Source: Eimeria praecox (taxonomy: Eukaryota). Taken from it: a DNA stretch of 64,000 nucleotides. How positions within the stretch are numbered: the first letter of the stretch is position 1; each line of letters begins with the position of its first letter. Below are positions 1 through 13,404 of the stretch, in pieces. A program made the translations under genes and the position numbers. The notes beneath the pieces are model-generated. The model did no database searches. It was given only the letters and a program-made list of their open reading frames with translations, and was not told the DNA's origin. The stretch lies in contig OY986946.1 of NCBI GenBank assembly GCA_963920595.1, forward strand, positions 9,672,001 to 9,736,000, read 5' to 3'.

Positions 1-2052
1 GGCAGGAGGCCTGAGCTGGGGAATGTTTGGCAGGGGCGTGAGCAAGAGTATGTTCTTCGATGTTTGCATCGTGCGGATAGTGTTTGCATAGGCTAATCGA
101 TTCGTTTTGCAGGTGATGGTGCACATGGACGCTGGAGCTAAGGTGTGAGGCTGGCGGCAACCGGCGATGTGAGCCGCTTTGATTAGATGCTGGTGGATGG
201 AATGGACTCGAAGGACATACCTACGTATGGCATGCTATCATATTAAGAAAATCATATTAGGATGCCTTACCGTCTGGAAGGACATTGGGGTTCAGGACGT
301 ATGTCTGCATTGGCTCGGGGGATGCTGCGTTCGTGGAAGGCGATAGTCGTTGGCCGTCGGACGTTGCACAAGTGTTTACAGGCCGCATGCTGCTTAGAAT
401 TATGCCGCACGAGTGGCGGGTCAGGTTGTGTTGATGCCTAGAGTGTTTTGGCGGTTAGGCTGTGTTCGTGGGTTCTTTCAGTGCTTTGTCTCGCCAACCG
501 TCGCTCAGAGATGTGGCTATCTATATTAGTTCATCCGTCTAGCAGTCGTGGAAACATATGTCGGTCTTCCAGTGCATCCTTTGGTTCGGCGCAACTCGGC
601 GTGACGTGTGCTGCAGTCCAAACGACAATGCATGTATATGGCTCTCCGCAAAAGGCGATTCATGTAGCAATTCGTGGCAAGACGCTGTTAACAGAGGCGG
701 CACTCGCCTTAAAATTCGGGTGTGCTTCGGCCAAACAACAGAAGTGCAGATTCGTGTTCACTGGCGTTGCTCTCTCGCGTGGCAGGGTTTCTGTCACAGT
801 TCGGCAAGTTCAGTTGTTCGCATCCCTATTTTGTCGGACGTTGTGCATGCGTACCCTAGTCTGTGAGTTGATGAGCCATCCATCTGGCATCGTGGCCTAA
901 ACAGCAGTCGATTGTTTCTGCGCCATTTGCAGAAGCCTGCTGTTCTTTAGAGCTAGGGCGAAGCATGACAGCTGGGCGTGTCCTTCAATAGAAGGATAAG
1001 GCGGAACGTGTGGTGGCGTCTGTGCAGAACGGTGTTCATGATTGCAGCGCTGGACGTCAGTAGAACTCTAGCTTAGCTCTTACGCCATTGGGCAAAGTAT
1101 GCGTCTGCCTGGACAGTGGTGAGCGACGTCCTAAATCGTGGTGCAGATGTTGCAAAAACGTGTTTTGCTGAGCGCTCCAGCAGTTGAATTCCGAGATAGT
1201 CTTGCGCGTGGGCAGGAGGCCTGAGCTGGGGAATGTTTGGCAGGGGCGTGAGCAAGAGTATGTTCTTCGATGTTTGCATTGTGCGGATAGTGTTTGCATA
1301 GGCTAATCGATTCGTTTTGCAGGTGATGGTGCACATGGACGCTGGAGCTAAGGTGTGAGGCTGGCGGCAACCGGCGATGTGAGCCGCTTTGATTAGATGC
1401 TGGTGGATGGAATGGACTCGAAGGACATACCTACGTATGGCATGCTATCATATTAAGAAAATCATATTAGGATGCCTTACCGTCTGGAAGGACATTGGGG
1501 TTCAGGACGTATGTCTGCATTGGCTCGGGGGATGCTGCGTTCGTGGAAGGCGATAGTCGTTGGCCGTCGGACGTTGCACAAGTGTTTACAGGCCGCATGC
1601 TGCTTAGAATTATGCCGCACGAGTGGCGGGTCAGGTTGTGTTGATGCCTAGAGTGTTTTGGCGGTTAGGCTGTGTTCGTGGGTTCTTTCAGTGCTTTGTC
1701 TCGCCAACCGTCGCTCAGAGATGTGGCTATCTATATTAGTTCATCCGTCTAGCAGTCGTGGAAACATATGTCGGTCTTCCAGTGCATCCTTTGGTTCGGC
1801 GCAACTCGGCGTGACGTGCGCTGCAGTCCAAACGACAATGCATGTATATGGCTCTCCGCAAAAGGCGATTCATGTAGCAATTCGTGGCAAGACGCTGTTA
1901 ACAGAGGCGGCACTCGCCTTAAAATTCGGGTGTGCTTCGGCCAAACAACAGAAGTGCAGATTCGTGTTCACTGGCGTTGCTCTCTCGCGCGGCAGGGTTT
2001 CTGTCACAGTTCGGCAAGTTCAGTTGTTCGCATCCCTATTTTGTCGGACGTT
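1..2052. repeat. 1210-bp tandem repeat, array 1 (open at the left edge, exits mid-unit)
   Basis: Position 1 (ggcaggaggcctgagctggg) recurs at 1211. Identity at offset 1210 holds until about 2052 (ttgtcggacgtt). Confidence 0.97.
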
Positions 2053-2062
2053 TTGTGCTGTC

Positions 2063-2420
2063 TTCATGGGTTCTTTCAGTGCTTTAGTTCGCCACCGTTG
2101 CCCGCATGTGTGACTGTCTGCTAGCTAATCCGTCTGGCAGTCGTGCAAGCATATGTCGGTCTTCCAGCTCATCCTTGGGTTCGGCACAACTCGGCGTGAC
2201 GTGCGCGTGAGTGCAAACGGCATTGCATGCATATGGCCCTACTCCACTTAGAAAATTGTGGCAGAGTTGTTATTCACGGAGGTGCCTCTGGCAACTGAGT
2301 TCCCATGTGCTTGGCCCACCCAAGAGTCGTGCAGCTTCGTGTTCACTGGCTTTGGTCTCTCGCGGCAGCGTTTATGGAACAGTTAGACAGTTTCAGTTGT
2401 TCTCATCACTATTTTGTTGG
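2063..2420. repeat. Old degenerate copy of a ~370-bp internal segment of the 1210-bp unit
   Basis: gggttctttcagtgcttt, catatgtcggtcttccag, caactcggcgtgacgtgcgc, ttcgtgttcactggc and ttcagttgttc..ctattttgt occur in the same order as in 1675-2048. Repeated at about 32759-33116. Confidence 0.85.
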
Positions 2421-2426
2421 CTATGT

Positions 2427-3045
2427 CCGCAGATATTTGCGAGGCAGCAGCGGGGTATGCTAGGGGGTTGTGGTGCGTTGCTGTGGCTGTGGTCTTCCAC
2501 AACATTAGACCAGTTGAGGGTGGGGACTGATACGTGGAAGGAGCACAGCGTTGCGGTTTCAGGGTTCAGGGTATGTGACGGGGTGTTTCACAGGAGGTAC
2601 GCCCGGTGGCGCATTGGGCCTGTGTAAAGGTGGCTGAGGATTTATTTAGCTTGGCTCGCTGGATCTTCGGGAATTGCAGCATTAGACGTGCTGAGTATTG
2701 GAGCAGATATTTGCGCGGCAGCAGCGGGTTATGCTAGTGTTGTGTGGGGCCTTGCAGTCGATGTGGTGTTCCGCAGCATTAGACCAGTTGAATGTGGAGA
2801 TGGATATTTGGAGGGAGCACAGCGCTGGCGTTTCAGGGTTCAGGGTGTGTGGCGGTACATCTGATGGGTGTTTCACAGGAGGTACGCACGCCGGCGCATT
2901 TGGCTGTGGATTAAGCTGGGCTCGCTGGATCTTTGGGAATGGCAGCAGTTCAAGTGCTGCGTACTTCCGCAGATATTTGCGCGGCAGGAGCGGGGTATGC
3001 TAGCGGTGTATGTGGCGTTGCACTCAGCGCGTTGTTCAACAGGAC
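2427..3045. repeat. Degenerate ~270-bp tandem repeat, about 2.3 copies
   Basis: gcagatatttgcg..gcag.agcggg.tatgctag at about 2429, 2703 and 2969. gtttcagggttcagggt, gggtgtttcacaggaggtacgc and ggctcgctggatctt each occur twice. Repeated at about 33123-33740. Confidence 0.88.
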
Positions 3046-3052
3046 TACGAAA

Positions 3053-3450
3053 TATGAGGCGTCTGCGCTGCAGGACGCTACAAGGGTGTGCATGCGAAAC
3101 TGTTGTGTAGCGTGGGCTGCGCAGAAACACGCAGAACATGAGGTATTGCCGGTGGATCTTGCAGGGCGGGAAACTAGCCTGTCAAGCACTCTAACGAGGG
3201 GCGGTCGTTTTGTGCCAGTGTGTTGTTGCTTCAGCCAGTAAGCAGCCTGTGTGGTTGGGTGCTTGTAACGCCGCGCACCAGGCCTCTGGGGGGTGTTTTA
3301 TGCAGCGCTGGCGGAATGTGTGGCTGTATTGCGAGGCGAGTATAGCTGCGCATGCATGTGAAGACAGCCTTGTAGTATCCGCACATGATATGTATTCCCC
3401 AGGCAGCTCCCAGATGAGGCGGAGACGTTGGAGTGGATCTGTGGCATATG
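3053..3450. repeat. ~400-bp dispersed duplication, copy 1
   Basis: tatgaggcgtctg...gagacgttggagtggatctgtggcatatgc matches 6982-7427. Both copies recur in HOR2. Confidence 0.92.
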
Positions 3451-3694
3451 CTACGGCTCTAAGGACGGCAAAAACAACTGCGCTTGAGTCAGGGATACCG
3501 GAACTCGGTGGCTGCAGCTTTTGCGCGCGTGGTCGACGAAAAATGCCCAGCACTGATATGTGCGGACGTTACGGTAGGCTGTGCGTTGGCATTCCATTAA
3601 GTGGCCCCAGACCCAGATGCCAGACTTCTGTTTTACTTCCTTAGCAGCATTTTGACTCGAACGGGGCTGAAGGGTCAACGCCAGCCCATGTCGC

Positions 3695-6610
3695 AATGGT
3701 GTGTGTAGGCTTGAGGATGTGCAGGACTGCTGAGCAGTTTTGAAGGACGCTACGGAGAGAGGCGGCTTTGGAGTGGCTATGCATTGCTGCACCCAGCCAG
3801 TAAGGAGACAGTGTGGGCGAAGGCTTGGAACGCTGTGTATGAGGCATTAGGCAGTGCTTCTAAGGTAGCCAGAAGCACGCCGATGGGCCGGTTGGTTGCG
3901 TGCAGTGCATGCAGCCGCAAACAATCTTGTGGCTTTAGCATGCAAACACCTTTGTTGCTTGAGCACACGATTTTGCCCCTGCACTTTGTAGGAAGTTCCA
4001 GAGTAGGCTACATGAATGTGGCCGTGCCTGCCGGCTTTGCATCAACCGACCGACCTAGCTCACTCGGCGCTTTGTGTTTTGGAGGGGCAGCATGCGCAAC
4101 TTGGAGGACGTTGTACTGGCTAGTGCAGAGCCACAGCGTGGTGGTGGTAGTTAGCTCTCTATTAGGGGTTTTAAGGGGGCAAAGCATGCGATGCGAGATA
4201 CGAGCCCTCGCAAGATTGCTTACAGAATTTCGAAACGGGTAGCCCTAAGCATTTGCTGCTGTTCAGTGAGACGCCGGCGTCACAGTTTGTCTGTGGCATA
4301 CATTGCTGTGGGCCCAAGCACACAGGAGTTTTGAATGTGAATTTACGCTGCCTATGTGTGGGCCAAAACGATGCAAGCGCGTGAAAACGTCTTCACGTTT
4401 TGCCGGATCCTGAGGAAGCCAAGTGAGTGCTCTGCATGTGCTGTGATAGGCGGTGCGTTAAAGCATTTCTTGTGTCTTGTTGGGTATGACATTCTTAGGC
4501 ACTGCTTCTTGCTCAGGTCGAACCAATCATGAGCGGTGGCTGGCTAGGCACGTTGTGTCCAACGCGCTGGCTGCACAGCTTTGGAGCCGCTTTTGGATAC
4601 ATGAGGAGCAATGATATTGGGTCTATGGAGGACTTTTGCGAGTGGCCAGAGTAGCGGTGATTAAGGGCGCATTCATTGTAGCTGTTGTTTAGCACCGGCT
4701 ATTGTTGCGTTTAGCCTGTACGTAGACGGCATCAGCGGTGGAATGCGCACTTTCGCAGTAGCCACCACTAAAAAATCATGGGTGCCGCCGTTGAGACGAT
4801 CAACCTTAAGTGTACTCAAAATGTTGCGCCGGTGCTTCTGCGTGCTTTTGAAAGCGTTTGTTACCACGCACACGCTGCCAGTAGAGTTTCTCTCCCTTTC
4901 GTCTGCGGAGAACCACTGTGGAGCTGTGCCGATCGTCGCAATACTTATTTAGTTGGGCTGCGCATGCTCGTGGTATGTTGGCTTCTTCGTTCGGGATTCA
5001 CTGGAGGCGACGGTTGAGGCACGAGGTGCACTTGTGGCGTGCTACCTTTGCAGAGGCGTCGAAAAAAGAATTTTCATGCGGGAAGGCGTCAATGAGCACC
5101 CAACGTGTAGGAAGCGCGAAGCGTACACGATCTTCGACACTGTATAGAGAGGTGCGAGGTGCTCGTAGCGCGCAGGGCGTGCAGAAATCTGCGGAACATT
5201 GTGTGTGTAGGCTTGAGGATTTGCAGGACTGCTGAGCAGTTTTGCAGGACTCTACGGAGAGAGGCGGCTTTGGAGTGGCTATGCATTGCTGCATCCAGCC
5301 AGTAAGGGGACAGTGTGGGCGAAGGCTTGGAACGCTGTGTATGAGGCATTCTGGGAACGTTTAGGCAGTGCTTCTAAGGCAGCCAGAAGTACACCGATGG
5401 GCCGGTTGGCTGCGTGCAGTGCATGCAGCCGCAAACAATCCTGTGGCTTCAGCATGCAGACACCTTTGTTGCTTGAGCACACAATTCCGCCCCTGCACTT
5501 TGTAGGAAGCTCCAGAGTAGGCTACATGAATGTGGCCGCACTTGCCGGCTTTGCATCAACCGACCGACCTAGCTCACTCGGCGCTTTGTGTTTTGGGGGG
5601 ACAGCATGCGCAACTTGGATGACGTTGTACTGGCTAGTGCAGAACCAGCGTGGTGGTGGTAGTTAGCTCTCTTTTAGGGGTGTTAAGGGGGCAAAGCATG
5701 CGATGCGAGATACGAGCCCTCGCAAGATTGCTTACAGAATTTCGAAACGGGTAGCCCTAAGCATTTGCTGCTGTTCAGTGAGACGCCGGCGTCACAGTTT
5801 GTCTGTGGCATACGTTACTGTGGGCCCAAGCACACAGAAGTTTGGAATGTGAATTTACGCTGCCTAAGTGTGGGCCAAAACGATGCAAGCGCGTGAAAAC
5901 GTCTTCACGTTTTGCCGGATCCTGAGGAAGCCAAGTGAGTGCTCTGCATGTGCTGTGATAGGCGGTGCGTTAAAGCATTTCTTGTGTCTTGCTGGGTATG
6001 ACATTCTTAGGAACTGCTTCTTGCTCAGGTCGAACTAATCATGAGCGGTGGCTGGCTAGGCACGTTGTGTCCAACGCGCTGGCTGCACAGCTTTGGAGTC
6101 GCTTTTGGATACATGAGAAGCAATGATATTGGGTCTATGGAGGACTTTTGCGAGTGGCCAGAGTAGCGGTGATTAAGGGCACATTCATTGTAGCTGTTGT
6201 TTAGCACCGGCTATTGTTGCGTTTAGCCTGTACGTAGACGGCATCAGCGGTGGAATGCGCACTTTCGCAGTAGCCACCACTAAAAAATCATGGGTGCCGC
6301 CGTTGAGACGATCAACCTTAAATGTGCTCAAAATGTTGCGCCGGTGCTTCTGCGTGCTTTTGAAAGCGTTTGTTACCACGCACACGCTGCCAGGAGAGTT
6401 TCTCTCCCTTTCGTCTGCGGAGAACCACTGTGGAGCTGTGCCGATCATCGCAATACTTAATTAGTTGGGCTGCGCATGCTCGTGGTATGTTGGCGTCCTC
6501 GTTGGGGATTCACTGGAGGCGACGGTTGAGGCACGAGGTGCACTTGTGGCGTGCTACCTCGCCGATTTTGCAGAGGCGCTGAAAAAAGCATTTTCACGCG
6601 GAAAGACGCC
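3695..6610. repeat. Tandem duplication of a ~1.5-kb unit (3695-5090 and 5091-6610), single copy in HOR2
   Basis: Near-identical sequence at offset about 1512 (ORFs 4513 and 6025). HOR2 has one copy at about 34391-35910. Confidence 0.95.
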
Positions 6611-6981
6611 TGGGTGCGTCAGCGGCGTCTCCTAAGGCGTGGTGTTACCGTCAGTAGCGGGACTGGTCAGTGTGGAGCTGCCTTCACGTCGGAATAGGCG
6701 GGGTTTAGCAGGCTAGCTGCAGCTTCACATGCGTCGTCAGGCACGCGCAAGTCTCAGAGGCAGGATTCACATGTGATGGAAAAGGCCGTGCGTGGGAATG
6801 TTATTCTGCTACCCCGGCGTCTCCGCAAGCAATCGATGACTCTTACGTTTGATGGGTGTGCCAAGCCCTGAGCTTGTTGCAATGCTTGCAGCTCAATATT
6901 GCGTGTGCCTTGTGTGGACACCGCTTCCTGTGAATGCTTCAACGTCAGCCCGAGTTGCGCTGGCCGACAAACGTTATAAAC

Positions 6982-7427
6982 TATGAGGCGTCTGGGCTGC
7001 AGGACGCCACAAGGGTGTGCATGCGAAACTGTTGTGTAGCGTGGGCTGCGCAGAAACACGCAGAACATGAGGTATTGCCGGTGGATCTTGCAGGGCGGGA
7101 AGCTAGCCTGCCAGGGACTCTAACGAGGGGCGGTCGTTTTGTGCCAGTGTGTTGCTGCTTCAGCCAGTAAGCAGCCTGTGTGGGCGGATGCTTGTAATGC
7201 TGCTCACCAGTCCTCTGGGGAAGTGTTTTATGCAGCGCTGGCGGAATGTGTGGCTGTATTGCGAGGCGAGTATACCTGGGCATGCATCTGAAGACAGCCT
7301 TGTAGTATCCGCACATGATGTGTATCGCCAGGCAGTTTCCATCTCCTCCCTGTGGGGTGGCAAGGCAGGCCTACATATGCAGATGTACGATGAGGAAGAG
7401 ACGTTGGAGTGGATCTGTGGCATATGC
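6982..7427. repeat. ~400-bp dispersed duplication, copy 2
   Basis: Matches 3053-3450, with an extra ~45-bp block near 7335-7385. Confidence 0.92.
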
Positions 7428-9933
7428 GGCGCTTGAATTCGTTTGCGTGTAGCTAAGCTATGAGGGAGGCATGAACAGCGGATGCTGCTGCTTGTGGTTC
7501 GTCGATATTGCTCGAGATACTTTGCGTTGAAAGTAGGTGGAATTTAGTGCTTTGGACTGATACTCTATTCGAGTACACATTCGTAGCATCGGAAAGCGTT
7601 CGTACTACTTAAACACTATAGGTAGAGTCAAAAGGGAAACATATGTCTGCATATACGTGATGCTTTCTGCAAGTCTGGAACATCTTTGGCTCTTGCTTGT
7701 CCTCCAAGAAGAACGGTTGTGAATGGACGTTCCTTGCAACCAGCTGCATTGCCCTCATTTTGGCTAGGTAAAGGCACGGTTTGCAAGATCTGGTTGAGCT
7801 CAGCCGTGCCTGTTGAGAACATACGCATTTTTTGGGGGGGAGTGAGCGGCCCCTCTTGTGCGAACACCATGGAGCTGTGCAGTTTACAGCAGCAGATATA
7901 GTGCGGTTGTGGTGTGCAGAAGCCTTCTCTGCCATTGCCGCTGTGTGCTGCTCAACCAAACGAGTGCGCGCATAGGGTGGAAACAGGCCTAGGGTTGCGC
8001 TGACTTCGGAGCAGCCCCTCTGAGCTAGTGGACGGAAACTCTTAAGCATTTGTGCGATCTACTGTCAGAAAGGAGGCCTTATTTTGCTCATGTAGTGTAG
8101 GCCGTCGCGAGTGCTTGCTGATGCAAAGTAGGTGCTAGCTTCTCTGATGAACTACGCGATTGCTAGGGTGAGCAAACACACTCACACGACACGTGTTCAA
8201 CAGTTTCACCGCTGTTCAAAACGAGTCAGAGCTGCTGACTAAGACGGTTATTTTGCGCTTCGAGAATACGGATGGTAGCGAGTGCTGGTGGTGTGAGGAT
8301 GCCGCGGTGGGGGTAAAAGTGTCCGCTGGACTAGTCAGTCCTCAGTCAAGGAGATGAATGCGACGCCTACAGTGGCTAGGGGCATGTACGTGGAAATTCT
8401 GCCCACTGGCGCACCGCTGTAGAGACGGAAAATGCAGTGTTCAGCATATCTGCCAACAGAGTGCATTCAATTCAAGTCCCTAGCGTTGAACTAGCTACAA
8501 AATAGAAACGAAGAGCTTCGTACGGACTTAATGCAGCTTGTTCGCAACACACACTGGCCATCGCTTCCTAATGGAATACTACGCAGCCTAGGGAAGCCAT
8601 TAACGCGCGCCTTATTATGCATAACAAGAAATGCATGCTGTATGGATCACGTGCCGTTGGGTTTCGCATTATGCGTCGGCCTTCGCACTCAAAGTTTATC
8701 AAATGCGTGTCCTGCTTGGTTTCAGGGCTATACTTTACGCTGATTGCGGTCTTACTTTGTCACCGAATGCCGAAGACATCCACACAGTCCGCTACCTCAG
8801 AGGTCCCGTACACTCGACTGCCAAGCGCGGCGGTATATGGTATATGGTGCGTGGTGGTTCTCTGTTATGAATAGCGTGCTGCGGAATTCGATATGCTGCC
8901 TAGCGGGCAGAGAGGAACGTTGAACTTCGCACCCGGCCACTCGTTGCTCTGCTTAGCTGGTGAGCGCGCCGCTCGGTCGAAAACCGGTGAACATGAAGAA
9001 CAGGCACCCATCAAAATAAGGCATGCCTTTTAACGGATGAATACCCAAATGAGCCTAAATTGGGGTGGTTCCTCACGCACGGCACTTCGCAGAAAGTGAG
9101 TCGGGCATCTAACCAACGCTGTGCGCAGGAATACTCATGAGATGACATTGAGCACATTAATGGCGTTATCTTTGACGTTGGGCGGCAATACGGCCGTTTG
9201 GGCGTTAAATCAAGTTGAGTTATGCAGAGAGTAGGCTTGTATTCCCGTGATGGGTTGAGCCTAATTGTGTGTAATTGTGTGCATGTTGGGCAAGGCGCGG
9301 GCATGGCTATACAATCCGCTGATCAGATTTCGAGCGTCTTCTGCCTTCTCCCCACTGTGATTTGTGGTTAGTGTAGGTACTTGGAAGCTAAGCCGCACTG
9401 CAAGACGCTCCACCTCATCCCTTGGTAATGATGGAGCATTCAGCGAATGCAGCGTGAGGTCACCGCATTCGTGCCGAAATTGCATTAGGCGGAGGCATGC
9501 ATGCCCTGCGCGTGCAGCACTGAATTTCGATAAGGCTACCACCTTTCAGGTGGGGGGTGTGCACAACGTAGACAGGGCAGGCAAAACGAGAGTCTGCTTT
9601 TTCAAGCACTGGCGTAAACCAGACGGTACGCTGAAGAAGCAGCTGGAGCACACAAACTATATTTCATAAATCGGTGGCGGAGAGTTGTAGGCATTTTAAC
9701 GAGGTAGCATTTATCTGGTGTCCCTTAAGGAAAATCGTGCACCCTTGCTGCTGGCGATTGACGCTTTTGGAAGCGTCGCTCCAATTCCACGCTGGGTTGC
9801 AGAAACGCAACAATGGCCAAGGAGTTACCTTAGCTCAGCCAAACGCTATTTTGTCCAGGGCGTACGCAACTGATATTTATACAAAGGTTGCGGAAGCGTA
9901 CACACACAGTATCGCTGAAACGCAACAATGAAC

Positions 9934-11092
9934 AGTAACTTTGCAGTAGCCAGCAGCATTCCTCTTGTTTAAACCGCTGAATATGCGTCGCAGAGCGTGA
10001 GTGCATTTCCTCACACGCAACGTTCAGCAATCGGCTTGGTACCAATTTGACAAGGCAGCCTGGACAGTTGCTAGGTCACGTCGGATGGTGCATGCCTCGC
10101 TACACGCCATGGCAAGCATTAGGAATAGGATAAGACTAACGCAAGGGGTTGATGCCGATCCTACTGCGAATGCTTGCATCAAAGCATCGTGCTTGTGTCA
10201 TGAAGGGAAACACCATGATGGTAACAAGTGATTAATGTGCTCTTTCCTGTGTTGCTGGCAGGTGGTACGCCTGGCGGCATCGAGGCATCGAGCTATGCAG
10301 CTACTGCTCCGCGGAGCCGAAAACTCTGATTCTGTTCTGGTGAATTTACCGATCCCCTTGCATTTGCTGCGTGCTCATCTGGCCAAAAAGGGAGTGAGGT
10401 TAACGTCTTGCAGATATGTGAAGTCGCTTGTACAGATGTTTATGGCTACATAGTTAGTGGCACCGAAGCCAAGCACTTTCGTATTCAGCAAATAACCGGC
10501 CGCTATTAACAGGCATCTTGCGGAGGTGTGCGCATGCAGCATCCATGGAAGGCAGCAATGTAGTAACTTAGCCAGCACCATTCCTCTTGTATAAATCGCT
10601 GAATTTACGTCGCAGAACGTGAGTGCATTTCCTCACACGCAACGTTCAGCAGTCGGCTTGGTACGAAATTGGCAAGGCAGCTTGGGCAGTTCCTGGGTCA
10701 CGTCGGGGCGTGAACACTTATATATAGTGCATGCCTCGCTACAGGCCATGACAAGCATTAGGAATAGGGTAAGACTAACGCAAGGGGTTTATGCCGATCC
10801 TACTGCGAATGCTTGCATCTAAGCATCGCGCTTGTGTCATTAAGGGGAACGCCATGATGGTAACAAGTGATTAATGTGCTCTTTCCTGTGTTGCTGGCAG
10901 CTTGTACGCCTGGCGGCATCGAGGCATCGAGTTATGCAGCTACTGTTGCGTGGAGCCGAAAACTCTGACTCTATTCTGGTGCATTTACCGATCCCCATAC
11001 AGTTGCTGCATGCGCTTAAAAGATGGTGAGGTTAACGCCTTGCAGAGATGCGCATCCACATGTGCAGACATTTGTAACTACATAGTTCGTGG
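9934..11092. repeat. Tandem duplication, period ~630 bp
   Basis: cattcctcttgt..aaa.cgctgaat...gtgagtgcatttcctcacacgcaacgttcagca at about 9957 and 10579, running to tacatagtt at about 10447 and 11079. Repeated at about 39233-40400. Confidence 0.93.
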
Positions 11093-13343
11093 TGGTGATG
11101 CTAAAAGGGGCGTGGCTGTTCGGCCACATTGGCCTGCGCAGCTCAATGGAATTTGACACCGCAGGGCGTAGGTCTGTGAGGTTATTAAGAGGGTCCTGAG
11201 GCGTCCCTGTTGACTAGGAGCAGTGCATCGCAGCGCTGCTCTGTTTTCATCCGTGGTGTGGGGGTAGACCGGCCAGGGCTGCAGAATCGATTGCGGCATA
11301 AATTACTGCAGCTGCAAGTGCGACTGCAACGAACGCAGGTGGACAAAAAAGGAACAATGCTAACCGCTGATTTGGCAATGAGGAAGAAATACCGCCTCGG
11401 GCGACTACCCTGAGTTGCTCTGCTCAGATGGTGAGTCATGCAGTTAGCACAAAATATGGTTAATTTCGAAGGAATTGGCATGCAAGAGTCTTGCCTGGTG
11501 ATGCTGGAACTGCACGCAGTCCCCGCAGATATTTGCCGGGCCGCGAAAGAGTCACCTGCAACCGCTTGAAGGAACGAAGCTGAAACTGTGAATGCCATTT
11601 AGTGGAATTGTGTAACTCCTAAGCCTGCGTATTTGGCTGCACAGTTGGTGACTGCCGACCATTTGAAAGAATGACGCTTCTGCACACGCATTGCTCAACC
11701 CACTCAATACAATAGGGTGGCGCATTCTTACCTGACCCGATAGAGTGAATCATGTTTTCTTCTTCCAGTCTAGCTTTTACAGATCCGTGCGTAGCTGCCA
11801 TCTTGGCTTCTTATCCCCCGTTGGAAATGCCATTGACTAGTTCTGCGCGCCCGTGTAACCGCAGGTGGCCGTTGATGCATAAACAAGCACTTGCCGGAGA
11901 CCATATATTTATTTAAAGATGCGTGACAGTAAAAGAAGTCCCCCGTGATTTAGGCGAGCATTCGTTGTTCCGGTGTATTTTGGCTTTAGCAGCGGCCGAG
12001 CCTAGTGGTAAAGTAACGGAAAGTCATGCGGTAGTATTTGTAACCTCCAGGACAGTGCCTATCGCCAATGTAAAGGCGGAGGCTGGCCTCCCGTCATAGG
12101 TATGACGCGGGTGGTGCTGATACTTTGTAGTTTGTGCGTTTACCATACGGGTGTTGATTGCTTCACCACTAGAGCAGCGACTTAGCAGCAGCTCTCAGGA
12201 TTTAGACAAGGAACAAAAAGGGAGCTGCGTTCCTTTGTTAACAGGCCGTTGTGTCCAGCAAGCATGGCAAAAAATCAATGGCACAGCAGCCGCTAGGGCA
12301 ACAATTAAAGTAATACCTTGAAGGTAATGAGTGCACTTGGCAGCCTTCATAAACATGCATACACAATATGAATATTTGGTGCGCAGGTTTTTTATATGGC
12401 GCCGAGGCTGAACTTGAGCGGCTACGGCGAAGCAAAAGTATTTGTCCCGCAGAGTGTTTGCGCATCTTGACATTTATTGGAGAGTATGCTGAGCATATGC
12501 CTCTAGTTACTAATGCCACTGTGACAGGGTTATACGTCAGCGTGCACTCTCATGGAATAGCCAGACAATGACCCCATTAGTTTTTTTTAAAGTACCATGC
12601 GCAGGAGCTAACTCATGCCGCAGGCATGCCATGGCAAACGTGTCAGCGCGGAGCATGACGGCATTGGACAAAGCGTTAAGAGTATCCGCAGTTATTCGTT
12701 CTTGCAGCTTTGCAACCAGGAAGGCAAAGTATAACTTTGCGGTGACAGAACCAGCGTGTGTATGGGGAAGGACGTTGGAACGCTTGGGTTGAGGAACGCA
12801 ACACCAAAGGGGCGTCCGCAAAAGCCAGCATGCGCGTTGGGAGCCGCCGGGCATTGCGCATTTTCCGGCTGAGGCATGGCTTTATCCACACCAGGAAAAG
12901 AAAGTAAGCAGGCATTGCTAGTGATGCATTAGGAAATTATTTACTGGGCATCGGGCTGCGAATACAACCAATCCTTTGAAACAACTCGCCTATTTCGTAC
13001 GCCCTATGAATCCATATGAGCAGCTACGCTTGCAGGGGCCTGGAACAGTGAAGGGCCTGTATGCATAGGACACGAGCTTAGCCACATCAACCTTTCACCT
13101 TGAAGTGTTATGTGGAAGTGCAACTAGGGCTATATCAGCAGTATGCTTCTAGCTATTCCTGTAGTAATTGTAGGACGGCGTGAGTGAGTTGCTGGAGCCT
13201 TAATCCCGATTCGCAATGCGGTAAAGTACGGGCGCAGCACCTATTGCAATGTTTACGCCACCTGGTCCAGGGCTCTGCGTGTACGCGCCGGCCTTCATAT
13301 CGTGAGTAATAATTTACCATTGTGTCCGCCCCTCAGTGCTGGC

Positions 13344-13404
13344 AGATAGGTATTGGTTTGCTGTCGCCCCCCCATACACACCGACGGGAAACCAATACTT
13401 ATCT
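13344..13404. other. Inverted repeat/hairpin, 23-bp stem and 15-nt loop (HOR1 copy)
   Basis: Arms agataggtattggtttgctgtcg and cgacgggaaaccaatacttatct give 20 Watson-Crick pairs, 2 G-T pairs and 1 mismatch. Confidence 0.9.

Noticed and set aside
448..900. 150-aa ORF repeated in nearly every 1210-bp unit (tandem gene array?)
   Set aside because: It has a TTG start and no recognisable domain. A TAA breaks it in unit 4 of array 3 (about 57518), and its recurrence simply reflects DNA identity.
2556..2847. TTCAGGGTTCAGGG telomere-like doublets
   Set aside because: Only two heptamers per site, inside a duplicated unit. This is too short to call an interstitial telomeric repeat.
4384..4401. Short stems such as aaaacgt-cttc-acgtttt, and similar ones near 6604, 8508 and 22241
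   Set aside because: Stems of 6-7 bp are expected by chance in 64 kb.
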